Below are positions 10,556 through 21,776 of a DNA stretch of 64,000 nucleotides, in pieces. Each line of letters begins with the position of its first letter. Positions within the stretch are counted from its first letter, which is position 1. Position numbers and translations under genes: made by a program. The notes beneath the pieces are model-generated. The model made no database searches. It saw only the letters and a list, made by a program, of their open reading frames with translations, and was not told the origin of the DNA. The stretch spans positions 32,001 through 96,000 of the IMG/VR virus record IMGVR_UViG_2617270876_000003. One strand, 5' to 3'. The stretch comes from a virus (lineage: Duplodnaviria; Caudoviricetes).

Positions 10556-12055
10556 TTAAAACATTGAATTAGATTTTTTGCCCATCTGTGCATATGCAAC
10601 CTCTCTGAAGGAATTTATGCCATAGTTGACTTCATAGATAATCTGCTCTGATGTATCACCTGAGCGGTTCTTGCAAATGAAGATTATTAGATATGTCTTT
10701 TCTGGATCTAGTTTATATTCTTTCTTATGCCACTTGCCATCAAAATCACTTTTTTCCCAGTTGTAACAGAACAATTCTTCTTTCTTTCCGGGGTATTCAT
10801 CTGCAAATAACAACCTTCCCATCAATACAGTAGAGGCCACTTCAACAATTTCTAATGATTTACCGATAGCACTCATATCTAAATATCTGTATTCCTTACC
10901 GATCTTCAACTGTACCGTAGCAAGCATTCCTACATTGTTTGCTTCTGGTTTAATACAATCAAATATGGCCTGAGCATCATTGCTGAAAGCTTCCCATCGA
11001 GCCATCTCTGATGACGAACTGGCTTTAAATGTGTCTAATCCGGCATATCCGTATCCAAGTGGGCGCATCATCTGAATTCGACTAATGACATCTTCTGCCC
11101 TATACTTTTTGAGATCATAGAATTTGATGATATCTTGAGGCTTCTGTTCCAACCATTCTTTGGCTGCGTTCAGTCTTTCTAACGTCTTCTCGTCAAAATT
11201 GCCCTCAATTAACTTTTCCCTATTAATTGGCTTATTTAATATCTTAGAAGCAATCGTTGCCAAGGTAAGATTTCTTGTCTTCCACACATTCTCTTCATTA
11301 GCATACACCATGCCTTTTTCATTATTCTCAAGCAAGGCCAGGATGAACTTTTCCATAAAAATAGAACTTTTGCCGATCCCAGAACTAAGAATCAGATATA
11401 TTAATTCTCCTCTTCGCCAGCCTTTTATCTTTTTACTAAGCCTTGGAGAATCATGTAGCGGTAATCCCATTGCTTCGCCTTGATTCATCTTATCAATTGC
11501 AGTATCAAGATCGTCAATCAGGTTATATTCAACAACCTCACCGCAATTAATATGAGAAAAAATCTGGCTGGTCTTAAACTGGAAGAATGACTGCATCTGC
11601 TTAAGAGTCATCTTAGTTAACTTTGTTACTAATTCCCTATTATTTACGTCAACCAAACTTTCTACTTGGAATTTACGTAAGCTTTCGTATTTTTGGATTT
11701 CGGAAAAATGGTACTCGTCATTTCCTTTATCCTTCTGGCACTCTTCTTTAATTTCTTCAATTGAATTGTATCCACCGTATTGATTATAATAATCAAAGTA
11801 TGATTTTCTCCCTGTTTCAATTGGGCGCGATGTTAAGAAAGAATATGTTGTAGTATCATCAAATGTTCTAATACCATTCTCGTACATTTCTTTACCTATG
11901 TAATAGAAAAACCACCAGATGCCATCAGTGAAAGTGTCCTTGGTAATCTCATGATTACGGTATTTTTCGTATAAAGAAGGCGCACTCCATAGATAGCCAA
12001 CAAACAAAGACTCGTGAATTTTGGACGGTTTTACAAACTCTTCTATGTATTCTAT
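10556..12055 (-). CDS. DnaB-like replicative helicase (YorI-like); probable ATA start at 12055
   Basis: Walker A SSGIGKS, ANEE, LDTFK, ATVQL, ICKNRSG; GGAGG SD 7 nt before an in-frame ATA. Confidence 0.88.
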   Translation of the reverse strand: MEYIEEFVKPSKIHESLFVGYLWSAPSLYEKYRNHEITKDTFTDGIWWFFYYIGKEMYENGIRTFDDTTTYSFLTSRPIETGRKSYFDYYNQYGGYNSIEEIKEECQKDKGNDEYHFSEIQKYESLRKFQVESLVDVNNRELVTKLTKMTLKQMQSFFQFKTSQIFSHINCGEVVEYNLIDDLDTAIDKMNQGEAMGLPLHDSPRLSKKIKGWRRGELIYLILSSGIGKSSIFMEKFILALLENNEKGMVYANEENVWKTRNLTLATIASKILNKPINREKLIEGNFDEKTLERLNAAKEWLEQKPQDIIKFYDLKKYRAEDVISRIQMMRPLGYGYAGLDTFKASSSSEMARWEAFSNDAQAIFDCIKPEANNVGMLATVQLKIGKEYRYLDMSAIGKSLEIVEVASTVLMGRLLFADEYPGKKEELFCYNWEKSDFDGKWHKKEYKLDPEKTYLIIFICKNRSGDTSEQIIYEVNYGINSFREVAYAQMGKKSNSMF

Positions 12056-12067
12056 GTCTGATCCTCC

Positions 12068-12643
12068 CTATAGGAAACTCGATATATCCATATCATCATT
12101 ATTAATATATGTATTTTTACTTTTTAACTCTTGTTTTATTGTTTTATCTTGAGTCGTTGTTTTTCTAATCTGCTTCTCATGTTCCTTTTTTCTTTTCCTT
12201 CTCGCAAATGCCTCATTCAACTTATCAATCATAATACTAATCCCATAATTAATAGCCTTAGTGTCTTTGCTGCCGTCCAATTTGTTTACAATACACCATT
12301 TAATACTGTCGTCTGCCAAGAGATATGCCTCCAGCATTAGCCCATAATCCGGGCCAGTTCTCCATTGCCTAACTTTCTGACCATTCTTCATTAGATATCC
12401 AGCCCTTAGATCCTTAAGTCGCGTGATATTCCCTTTTGGAAGAACAATAATATCATGCAATTTAATGATATACTGATACAATGCATCCCATTGTTCATTC
12501 TCAATTCGTGTTGCTTCCCTATCCTTCAACCAGCGATCATGACAATACTCCTTGTGATAATACCGCTTATCCTCCTCTCGAATCATATCCTCCTTCTTGC
12601 CATACTGCTCACACACAGGACACTTCAATAAACGTTCAGCCAA
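12068..12643 (-). CDS. Zn-finger replication protein (YorH-like, putative helicase loader/initiator)
   Basis: CPVC...YYH...C motif, position before helicase, C-terminal DISSFL. Confidence 0.6.
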   Translation of the reverse strand: MAERLLKCPVCEQYGKKEDMIREEDKRYYHKEYCHDRWLKDREATRIENEQWDALYQYIIKLHDIIVLPKGNITRLKDLRAGYLMKNGQKVRQWRTGPDYGLMLEAYLLADDSIKWCIVNKLDGSKDTKAINYGISIMIDKLNEAFARRKRKKEHEKQIRKTTTQDKTIKQELKSKNTYINNDDMDISSFL

Positions 12644-12656
12644 CTTATCACCCCCT

Positions 12657-13484
12657 TTAAATTAAAAAGCGTTCAAATACAGGTAATCTCAACATACCAT
12701 TCTTAGTAAATCCTCGATGCTTAACGAGACATCTCATCAAAGGTTGAGTGTACACGTAATCCTTTGTTTCTTCGGTCTTATATTTTTTCATCATTAAATA
12801 TCCAGCTTTTCTTTCCTCTGAATTTGGCCCATACTCCATAGTTCCTACTATTCCATTCCCGTCAGACAACAACCATCCAAATTTATCTTTTCTAAATCCA
12901 GCAAGATAAAACTCGCCCATTTCATAAGCAATGACCTTCTGCCAATACTTACTCTTCTTACCGATTATATATTTTGAATCTGCACGTTTTAATACGATTC
13001 CCTCTAAACCTTGTTGCTTAACTGCATTGAAATACTCTATCCCCTTACCAGTTAAATATCTTGATTTAACAAAGTAATCATTGTCAACAAATGAATCCTC
13101 AAGATACTTTTTACGTTCAGTTAAAGGCAAGTATGTCATATCTCTGTTTTTATACTTGATAATATCGAAAGCAACAATTGTAACTTTATGCTTACTTTTA
13201 CTTGATTGGAATCTTTCCATCGTAGCAGCAAAATCAGCCTTTCCTTCAGCGTTCGGTACAACAAGTTCAGAATCAAGAATTGTTCCACTAGGAATAGGCA
13301 TACTCTCAATAAGTTCGGGAAAATTGGCAGTTATCTCGTTTTCATGTCTCGTATATAGTCTTGGACGATTAATATTCCTAGGAACTAATCTGATTCCATC
13401 CCATTTTAGTTCGGTTATATATTTATCATCATTAAATGGTTTATTGTCCGCTGCGTATTCTAGGAGCATTGGAGATACAAACAT
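12657..13484 (-). CDS. ligB: ATP-dependent DNA ligase
   Basis: ELKWDGIR (KxDG), LDSELV, AFDII, EGIVLK, WQK, LRLPVF. Confidence 0.92.
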   Translation of the reverse strand: MFVSPMLLEYAADNKPFNDDKYITELKWDGIRLVPRNINRPRLYTRHENEITANFPELIESMPIPSGTILDSELVVPNAEGKADFAATMERFQSSKSKHKVTIVAFDIIKYKNRDMTYLPLTERKKYLEDSFVDNDYFVKSRYLTGKGIEYFNAVKQQGLEGIVLKRADSKYIIGKKSKYWQKVIAYEMGEFYLAGFRKDKFGWLLSDGNGIVGTMEYGPNSEERKAGYLMMKKYKTEETKDYVYTQPLMRCLVKHRGFTKNGMLRLPVFERFLI

Positions 13485-13784
13485 TTTTCATCACCCACTA
13501 ATAGTATATCAAAAGTGTATATACTGGTTTAGCGGTAAGTTATGTATGTTAAACCTCGAAGCAATCATATCCAAGGTTATCGATTAAATGTAATTGTGTA
13601 GCAACAATCTTTCCATTATCGTCCTTTAGATTTATCTGAGACTCGTATTTTAAATCAATGTAAATTCCATGTTCATAGGACAGATTCTCTAAAGCTTCAA
13701 TAAAGTCAACAATTTTATCCTTACTCAATATGATTCCTCCTTCGTTTCATGGGTTGATGAAATACCTCTTTCATGAGGTTTTAT

Positions 13785-13831
13785 ATACTACATATAGATA
13801 ATCATTAATAAATATATACTACATGTTGTAT
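13785..13831. promoter_or_regulatory. tandem NrdR-box-like sites
   Basis: ATACTACATATAGATA and ATACTACATGTTGTAT 31 bp apart. Confidence 0.5.
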
Positions 13832-13857
13832 TAAACATCATAAGATTAATTTTAAAT

Positions 13858-15048
13858 TTAAAACTTATCAAATGTACATGGCTTTGCTTCCAAGATTTCT
13901 TTAAGATATGTATGTGCGTTTTCAGCAGTTAATTCTATTCCCATTATGTATTCAATCTCTTCTCTCACATCTTTTGGAATCATGTTGATCAGAGCATTAC
14001 CGTAACCAAGATTGTAAACCATTGCATTATATACTTTTTCATGGTTTATTCTCATCCATTGCATATACCCATATTTCACAGGTATTGGACACATCATACA
14101 GCCTGTTCGCGGAGTAAATATTTTGAATCCTAACTTTTCTAGCATCATTGCTTGTTTTCTATTTACTGTTTGAGTTTGTCTGTCGCCTAAATCGTAATAA
14201 TCAAGTTCATATTCTTCTATTAATGACTTATTAGCAAAAACAGTTTCTTCTGTGTTTTCAGGATACTCCTGGATCAAGTTCATTTTATAGAGATCGTTAA
14301 ATGGTATATTCTCTTGTTCTACATAGTCCCAAATGTCCTTCTCTCTCCACCACAGGATTGGACGACATACATATGACTTCCATTCAGCCACACTATAGAA
14401 GTATTCACCATCTCTAAGTCCGGCCTGAAGTCGCTGACTAGACTCGTCTGCTCTAAGTCCAACGATGAGCAAGTCCCAACTATTTTCCTTTACTGCTCTT
14501 TTCATGGGTTCGTGTTTAAGCGTTCCACAACATCTCTCACTCAGTGGCCTTCCGTTTCTTCGGTCTCCTTTTCTAGCCGTAAAATAATCATCTGTAATGC
14601 CACCGTTGCGGTCAATGATATGTTTCAATGTTCGTTTGGGTTTAGTAATTGTCAGTCTGAGGTTCCATAGATTTGTTAGCATTTTTTGATACTGGCGAAC
14701 CTCTCTAAATTCGTTTGCGGTATCATTCCAAACAATATCGATGTCCGAAGGATCTCTCCCCAGTTCTATTAGTGATTTTCTGGTTAGATAAATATCAATA
14801 ACACTATCTATACCAAATGAGCAAGAAATAACTGGTTTCTTTGCTCTCTGTAGTGCCATTTTTATCAAATCAATTGATAATCTCTCTTTTTCATCTAAGG
14901 ATATTGACTTATGTATGTTGAAATTTGCATATCTTGTTTCTTTATCTGCCCTTGTTTGGTTATACCTTTGCTTAGATTTCCCTTTATCATCTAGGTACTC
15001 TTCTTTTGTTGGGTTAATCTGTAACCCATACTGTTCAGATATATTCAA
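13858..15048 (-). CDS. PAPS-reductase-family (PP-loop) protein
   Basis: SCSFGIDS, WNDT, CCGTLKHEP, GLRADES, RTGCMMCP. Confidence 0.88.
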   Translation of the reverse strand: MNISEQYGLQINPTKEEYLDDKGKSKQRYNQTRADKETRYANFNIHKSISLDEKERLSIDLIKMALQRAKKPVISCSFGIDSVIDIYLTRKSLIELGRDPSDIDIVWNDTANEFREVRQYQKMLTNLWNLRLTITKPKRTLKHIIDRNGGITDDYFTARKGDRRNGRPLSERCCGTLKHEPMKRAVKENSWDLLIVGLRADESSQRLQAGLRDGEYFYSVAEWKSYVCRPILWWREKDIWDYVEQENIPFNDLYKMNLIQEYPENTEETVFANKSLIEEYELDYYDLGDRQTQTVNRKQAMMLEKLGFKIFTPRTGCMMCPIPVKYGYMQWMRINHEKVYNAMVYNLGYGNALINMIPKDVREEIEYIMGIELTAENAHTYLKEILEAKPCTFDKF

Positions 15049-15301
15049 ATACTCACCACCTTATTATTTTTACTAATGTAGAATTTCTTAGTTGTTCTAT
15101 TTACATAAATCAAACTCTTGCCGAATAGACTATCTATCCCCTCAAACAGAATCAGATTCTCTGTTTCGGCCTTTATTTTCTCAGTCTTGAACGTACAATC
15201 ATTTTTAAGAAATGAAAGTATATCGAAAAAATTGAGAATTTGTCCTTCACACATTGTTCGACTGGTTTCAATGACATGGATATTCATATTCGCGCCTCTC
15301 T

Positions 15302-15673
15302 TTAAGTGTTTTTTAATAATACTGGTGCGAACTTTTTCAATTTGCTTAATCCCTTTTCAAAATCATTAAAAAGAAATAATGAGCAGCAAGCAAAGAATGG
15401 ATCGATATAGCTCTTTTCCCATACTGTAATAATTGGGATATTGTTTTCAAATGCAGTTGCACATTCCCATGTAGCGCCAAATCCACTTGGATTATCTTTT
15501 TCCATGTAACAAAACACTAAATCCGACTTTTTAACTTGTTCGATATCTTCAAGTACAAAACGATAAGAGGCTGTTTGTTCTACGGATCTTGGATCAAAAT
15601 ATGTCACCCCCTCAATTTTTGGTAACTTATCTTGCCATGTTCCATACATTCCACCTGAAAGGTAAATTTGCAT
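15302..15673 (-). CDS. nucleoside 2-deoxyribosyltransferase-like protein
   Basis: IYLSGG, FDPR, D...SDLVF, GATWE motifs. Confidence 0.75.
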   Translation of the reverse strand: MQIYLSGGMYGTWQDKLPKIEGVTYFDPRSVEQTASYRFVLEDIEQVKKSDLVFCYMEKDNPSGFGATWECATAFENNIPIITVWEKSYIDPFFACCSLFLFNDFEKGLSKLKKFAPVLLKNT

Positions 15674-15722
15674 TAGATGTCTCCGTTCTTGTTAGTATTT
15701 CTTGATAAAATGAGGGTTTTAC

Positions 15723-16616
15723 TTAAACATTTTTCTTATTCTTCAACCACTCTTGGACATACCAAAGCATTCCGCAGCCGCCTCCGATATCGTCCTGTCC
15801 TGCTGGATCAAACATTCTAACGTTGTATCCATCTTCCAAAAACTTATTCATGAACTCTTTAATTACGTTGTGATTTCGGTATCCGGCATCTTTCATGGTT
15901 TCGTCAGCACTACAGACAACACTAAAAGTTAAGTTGAAGAACATGGGGCTAAACAAATCTTTAAGCCTGTTTAAATGATCATCTGTTACATTGGTTCCAT
16001 CTACACAATAGTTGAGGTAAACCTTTCTTCCAGTTTCTTTGCTCCAAGTGATTCCAGCGTCACGGATCTTTCGCAATGGCATCTTATTCTTAAATGGAAT
16101 CAACGTATTTCTTTCTTCTTCGAATGCTTTATGTATAGAAAACTGCAAACCTACTTTATCAATTTGCTTGGACAATTCAATCATCTTGCTAAATGTTTTG
16201 TCGTTATTAATTCCAACTGTAGATATCAAAAGTTGTGCGTTCGGATAAAGAACATTTAGAAGTTTAATTGCTGATTCTACATTATCCCAATTAAGCATTG
16301 GTTCACCCATAGACATGAACATGATTTGAAACTTATCAGACGACAACACATCGTTAGCAATCTTCATGTCTTCGATCATGTGTGTAACCTGATAAATGAT
16401 TTCATCTGGTTTTAAATTTCTAATAAACTTCTTGCCTGTGCCACAAAATTTACATCCTACAGGACATCCAGATTGTACCGAGCAACAGATAACGGTTCGA
16501 TTTTTGAACGATTCATATTTGTATAGAACAGCTTCGGTTACAACTTCTTCTGTTGTGAAAACATACTTCCATACATTTTGTTCTGAACTATCAAATCTTT
16601 TAACTTCATTAAACAA
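15723..16616 (-). CDS. RlmN/Cfr-like radical SAM methyltransferase lacking the N-terminal domain
   Basis: CCSVQSGCPVGCKFC, FMSMGEPMLN, ISTVG, SIH, GQDDIGGGCGML. Confidence 0.85.
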   Translation of the reverse strand: MFNEVKRFDSSEQNVWKYVFTTEEVVTEAVLYKYESFKNRTVICCSVQSGCPVGCKFCGTGKKFIRNLKPDEIIYQVTHMIEDMKIANDVLSSDKFQIMFMSMGEPMLNWDNVESAIKLLNVLYPNAQLLISTVGINNDKTFSKMIELSKQIDKVGLQFSIHKAFEEERNTLIPFKNKMPLRKIRDAGITWSKETGRKVYLNYCVDGTNVTDDHLNRLKDLFSPMFFNLTFSVVCSADETMKDAGYRNHNVIKEFMNKFLEDGYNVRMFDPAGQDDIGGGCGMLWYVQEWLKNKKNV

Positions 16617-16831
16617 TTAATCATCTCCTATGTATTTTTATTATTTAAATCAATACCACAAACATGACAGTAATTCAGTTCGATATCGGTATATTCAAAA
16701 CTATCATTACTATAATCCCACGAATTTCCCTCTACTCTTAAATACCATTTCTTATTTTGATAATCAAACCAAATATTTTCATCACAGTTATGTTCCACTC
16801 TTTATCCTCCCTTCAACATGAAACTGAACTT

Positions 16832-18040
16832 TTATTCCAACTCAAATGGACATTTGTAGTCTTCTAATTCTTCATTCTCCCACTTTTCATATTCCGCTTT
16901 AGGCACTTCTCTTGTCACAATGCAACTTTTTGCCAGAACTTTATCTGAATTCTTAATGTAAAAATCTGTGTATGGAATTGTTGCTTCAATTAACACAGCA
17001 TTTCTGCTATTTGAATAACTGGAACTTGAAATTTCTAACTTCTCATTGAAATACAGGTAGTCATCTCTCTTGGGAGTGGCCTTCTGATCTATCTTGTATT
17101 CAAATTCCTTGTCCCAGAAACTAAAATATTTATCTCCCCTTTTTTCAACGAACTTGTAGAATTTCCGATTCGCGATAAACTCCTCTCCGTTGTATCCAAC
17201 TTTATTCTTTGGCGTGTTATCAATTTGCTTTAGAGTCCCATCTTTTTTTATTCTATATGTATAGTCATTAATTGTTACTACTTTAGTTGGTTCCTTGCTT
17301 ATGTATTCGATAATCTCTTCAACATCATTAAATTTAACTTTTTCTGGTTCCTTGAAATAATCATCATTTATTGAAAGATCAGCTATCTTATCAATGATTA
17401 AATCAAGAGAGAATTCTTCACCTTCTTTCAGTTTGATTAATTTATCGTAGTTGATTCCATACATTCCACCCAAATGCTCTTTTAAATGCTCAATTGTCTC
17501 GATCTTCATGCCCATGCACTTTAGTGCAATCCGCAAAAATTCCGGCTTGGAAATTGTGTATCCTTTTTCTTTATATTTATGTACTCTAAGCAAAGAAACG
17601 ACTGGGTATGCAGTGTTTTTGTTGAACTTGAGAATCCGTTGTGAATTATGTTTTAGGAAGTCTTCGTGTAAAACGAACTCCTCTGAGAAAAAGTCGAATG
17701 CACCCATGCATACCGTATAATCAAAACTGTCAAATATCTCTTCCGCATTCTCAAAATATCTGAAATGAATCATTTGTACTTCTTTATCATCGATTCTTAC
17801 AAGGAGCGCTTTTGTGGTCAGAGCATTGATCCAGTCATTCCCATCCTCATATACTTCTTCAATAAATTCATTGAGCAGTTTTTCGCTACGAAAATAAACA
17901 TCAACATCTTTAATTTCTTTATTATTGAATAGACTAGTAATTAATCCCCCAGCTATAAATACCCTATATTCCTTAAATACATTGACTAAATGTTGCCCCA
18001 AGTAATTGTACAGTTTATTCTTTTCAAATTGGAAGTTCAT
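16832..18040 (-). CDS. nucleotidyltransferase-like protein (CCA/poly(A) polymerase head-like)
   Basis: FIAGG..SL....IKDVDVYF, FDYTVC, RVHKYKEKGY. Confidence 0.65.
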   Translation of the reverse strand: MNFQFEKNKLYNYLGQHLVNVFKEYRVFIAGGLITSLFNNKEIKDVDVYFRSEKLLNEFIEEVYEDGNDWINALTTKALLVRIDDKEVQMIHFRYFENAEEIFDSFDYTVCMGAFDFFSEEFVLHEDFLKHNSQRILKFNKNTAYPVVSLLRVHKYKEKGYTISKPEFLRIALKCMGMKIETIEHLKEHLGGMYGINYDKLIKLKEGEEFSLDLIIDKIADLSINDDYFKEPEKVKFNDVEEIIEYISKEPTKVVTINDYTYRIKKDGTLKQIDNTPKNKVGYNGEEFIANRKFYKFVEKRGDKYFSFWDKEFEYKIDQKATPKRDDYLYFNEKLEISSSSYSNSRNAVLIEATIPYTDFYIKNSDKVLAKSCIVTREVPKAEYEKWENEELEDYKCPFELE

Positions 18041-19088
18041 TTATCTTCTCCTTTATAATATCATTAATTATTATTTATGTATATATTTATTTTTACTTTA
18101 TTGAATTATAAACTTGAATCCAGCAGCCACAACTACAATTTAAATCATGATCCACTTTCTTCTTGTTTGGTAGTAGCAACCTTGCCGATGGAAAACTATA
18201 TGGTCTGTTAGCATATTGCAATCTTCCTTCTTGATATTCAATCTCATCAAGAATTTCTCTTAATTCTCTTTTGTCTTTCCTTTTTGGCTTCACTTTAATC
18301 TCATCTTTTAACTCAAGTGCTCTCATCTTTAATGTTTTTGTGCTGACTCGATATAACATCTCGCCCCAAACTCCCATACTCAACCTCTACTTTCTTCATA
18401 AAATCGGGCTTTCATGCGCTTTTAGTAATCAAAAAGTCCAGTGTTTATAAGGTTTTCTTGCATTAACAAGCTACGAAACATGTATTGCACCACTTCTTCG
18501 TACTGTGCAACTAATTTTGGAACCAGACAGGGCTTAAAGAAACAATTTCATCAATTTCGCCAGCTAACATTCCATTGACTGATACATAGCTGTCATTCCA
18601 TTCTTCTTTCGAGCAAGTGGAGAGACAAAATACCTTAAAATAATTTCCGTTAAGAGTAAACACCTTGTAAGTTGTGTCAATGATAGTCTTATCCTTGTAC
18701 GGCGTTTGCACATACTTCTGCGCAGCCAGAAGCTCCGCATTAGGGGTGCTGTTCAAATACGAATTAACAGACTGCTGGAGACTTTCGGGGCAATCATTGA
18801 GTTTGATTTCTTCTTTCATAGTTTAATCACTCCTTCGCTATATGCGTATGCCATACTTCATACCTCAAATCGGTCTGGCAATAAATTAAATACTTGCTTA
18901 CGATAAACAGATCTTCTAAATAACTCTTCGGGACAATCCAGGCATTTAATCACAAGATCTTTTTCAATTCCTCCACTCTCTAATTCGTTCCCTGCCGGAA
19001 AATAAGCGGCAATATGTTTATGTGCGCAATCCAACCAATCACCAACTTTCTGATCAAATCAAGCTTTGATGAAGATCTTTAAATCACT

Positions 19089-19745
19089 TTAACTTCTGAT
19101 TTTTCTTGTTCTATTTTTTATTTGCTCCCTCTCTCTTCTGTCTTGTGTTTCATAGATGCGAACCGCTTTCCGAATATGCTGTTCTATTTTATCTATGTCC
19201 TTATTTAGATCGTGCAAACCTTTCTCTTTAATTGAAAAATTCCCTTTATACATATTCAGATCCAGCACATATGATCTAGAATAACTAATTGAATCTATAT
19301 CCTGATAATCGATTTGAATATCGAAAGAAGGAAAGTTTCTTTCTTCATCCATAACTTCTATAAAACTACCCGCCAAAGCGTTTATGGTTTGACCTGGAGC
19401 TAAAAATGCGACACCTTCGTTTAGCATATGTGCATTTTTTAAATCTTTAGGAAGCCAGCCTCCATTCTTTGTTGTTAAATTGATTTTGATGTTTTTCGCA
19501 GCATTCTCACCTCTGTTAGTTAATTTAAATGAAACAAATTGAAGATCGTTAGAATCAAAGTAACCAATAACATTGGGCGTGTTATTTTCTTGACGAATTT
19601 TTTCATTATGCTTCAGCGATTCAGCGCTATACTTTTGTGAATTTCGAGCAAACCACACGTTAAGTGCGGTCAACAGAATAGTAAGGGTAATATTGAAAAC
19701 ACCAATTAAATTAACATTCTCTGTTGCCCATTGGTTAAAATTCAT
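19089..19745 (-). CDS. single-pass membrane accessory protein
   Basis: One N-terminal hydrophobic helix; bracketed by palindromes at 19053 and 19767. Confidence 0.65.
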   Translation of the reverse strand: MNFNQWATENVNLIGVFNITLTILLTALNVWFARNSQKYSAESLKHNEKIRQENNTPNVIGYFDSNDLQFVSFKLTNRGENAAKNIKINLTTKNGGWLPKDLKNAHMLNEGVAFLAPGQTINALAGSFIEVMDEERNFPSFDIQIDYQDIDSISYSRSYVLDLNMYKGNFSIKEKGLHDLNKDIDKIEQHIRKAVRIYETQDRREREQIKNRTRKIRS

Positions 19746-20192
19746 ATTGTGATTCTCCTATACTCTGTGAAAGTAAACTTTCATCTTATTTTCTCACTTT
19801 AATTCTTATAGTTATCTCTAATCGTTCATTGGATTCTGGGTCATAAATTGGCATATTCTCCTTAATCCAATCCTTAACACGTTCGATTGGGTCTGATCCA
19901 TCATAAGTTATGATTGTTATCTGTTCACCTACTAATCGTTCATCCTCTTCAAACATCTACTTGCCTCCAATTCAACTATTCCAGCGATTTAAGTTTCGAG
20001 CTTTCCTTGATCCAATCGAATAATTTTCTAGTATCATTGGATGTACATTCATCCAAAAAATCATCTATGTCAATGTTAATCATTCTATCGTCTAGATACG
20101 TTTGTACTTCTTCCCTACTGACGTAAAAATGAAACTCACCAAATTGATTATATGTAGTTAGTTGAATCTTAGTTGTCTTATTGCTCATGATT

Positions 20193-20299
20193 GAAATCTC
20201 TCCAGTCCCGATGTTGGTTTATTTTACCTCTTAACATCATAATACCTTATCTTGTTTAATACAGCATGAGGTAAAATAATCCTGTTGGAGAAAGATTTC
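20193..20299. repeat. long nested inverted repeat
   Basis: TTATTTTACCTC 20219-30 / GAGGTAAAATAA 20268-79 plus outer stem 20193-204 / 20286-99. Confidence 0.7.
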
Positions 20300-21512
20300 G
20301 CTCAGTCTGTTTCGTCATCTATATCATTACCATCACTATCAGTATGTATTACTTCTTTTAGTTTTCCGCCTTCCCATATTTGCAGTATATGAGATGAGTC
20401 TTCACTGCCTATATACTCTTCTGGATTTACATCATGTATCGTGATACCTTTAGCAATTTGTTGATCGTCTCCAGCATATAAAATCTGATAATACTCTATT
20501 TCCTCAAATATTTTCACATAGGTTTTATTCATTCTTGTTCCTCCATTTCTACGTAAAAGAAAGATTTTATCCAATATATATGATTTCTTCTTTAATGATT
20601 ACAGACTCAAATTCATTTATAAAAACTCTGTTCAGCACTATATCTTTTTGAGAGACATTTAATCTGGTAGTTTTACTTATTCCTTCCGCCGCTTTCTTCA
20701 GACTCATATAGTCACGGTATCCATCATTAATGATTTTCCCATTCTGCTTTAAGATACATTCATAATTTACTCTAACGAATTTTCCTTTTCTTTGCTGGAC
20801 TACTCTTTCTATCCCAATGACCAATTCCTCATTTCTTCATGGCTTCAAAATGTTTTATAGTATAATGCCGTGCTGGTCTTCCAATGTGTTTGATATAGCC
20901 CTTAGTAAACAAATCACTTTTATCAAGCGCTGATAATACACGATTATTGATTTTTAACGGATGATGATCTCCATGCTTATCATACATTCCTGCACGATTA
21001 GCACATTCGTGAATTTCATCCAAATCTCCATACCAAACTGAATTTCGACCATTTTCAATTAAAATGTCATACATATGCTCTGCAATAGTTTTCTTCATAT
21101 TCACTCCATGTCTTCATCGCAGAAGAAAATTTCACGACCTCTCAAGCCATTCAAGTGTTTGTGATTGATCCATGTAAAAAGAATTTTCAGTAAGATTGTA
21201 TTTTACAAACACATCGGCTCCAGCAGTACCCTGATTAAACCCATTGAAATCAGCATCAACAAACATTCTTGCTATAATATAGCCGCCAATTATCTTATCT
21301 TCATAATTCTTTATGTAATCACTTTTAATTGGTTCATATACATCACCAAACGCTAAATCGAGAATATAGCCAAGTTCTTTTAAGTTTCTTTTTCCTTTAT
21401 AATAAACTCTTTCACCATATTCATTCTCTTGAAATTTATCAGAGAAAAAATAATTCCTCAAGTTGCTTTTTCTAGCCTCAAACTCTGACGATTTCAACCA
21501 ATCATCTCCATT

Positions 21513-21776
21513 CTAATATAGTTTCTGCCCCTTTCCAGTTGTTAACTTCCACGCATGGAGACATCCAACCTCTAGTTCCTGTGCATCTGTAAAGCAAGCC
21601 TTACACTCTCCAGACTTATAGTATTCACAACCTTTAGATACAATCTTTCTAAGTTGTTTCTTAGACAATACTCTTGCGGTTGGCCCTCTTAAGTATCTAT
21701 CTTCTGTATGAACAATAATATATTTTGGGTCAGTTGCTAATTCGTGCGCCTTTTTTCTCATTGTCTTCACTTCCAT
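21513..21776 (-). CDS. Cys-containing small protein (paralog A)
   Basis: High similarity to 22984..23241. Confidence 0.75.
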   Translation of the reverse strand: MEVKTMRKKAHELATDPKYIIVHTEDRYLRGPTARVLSKKQLRKIVSKGCEYYKSGECKACFTDAQELEVGCLHAWKLTTGKGQKLY

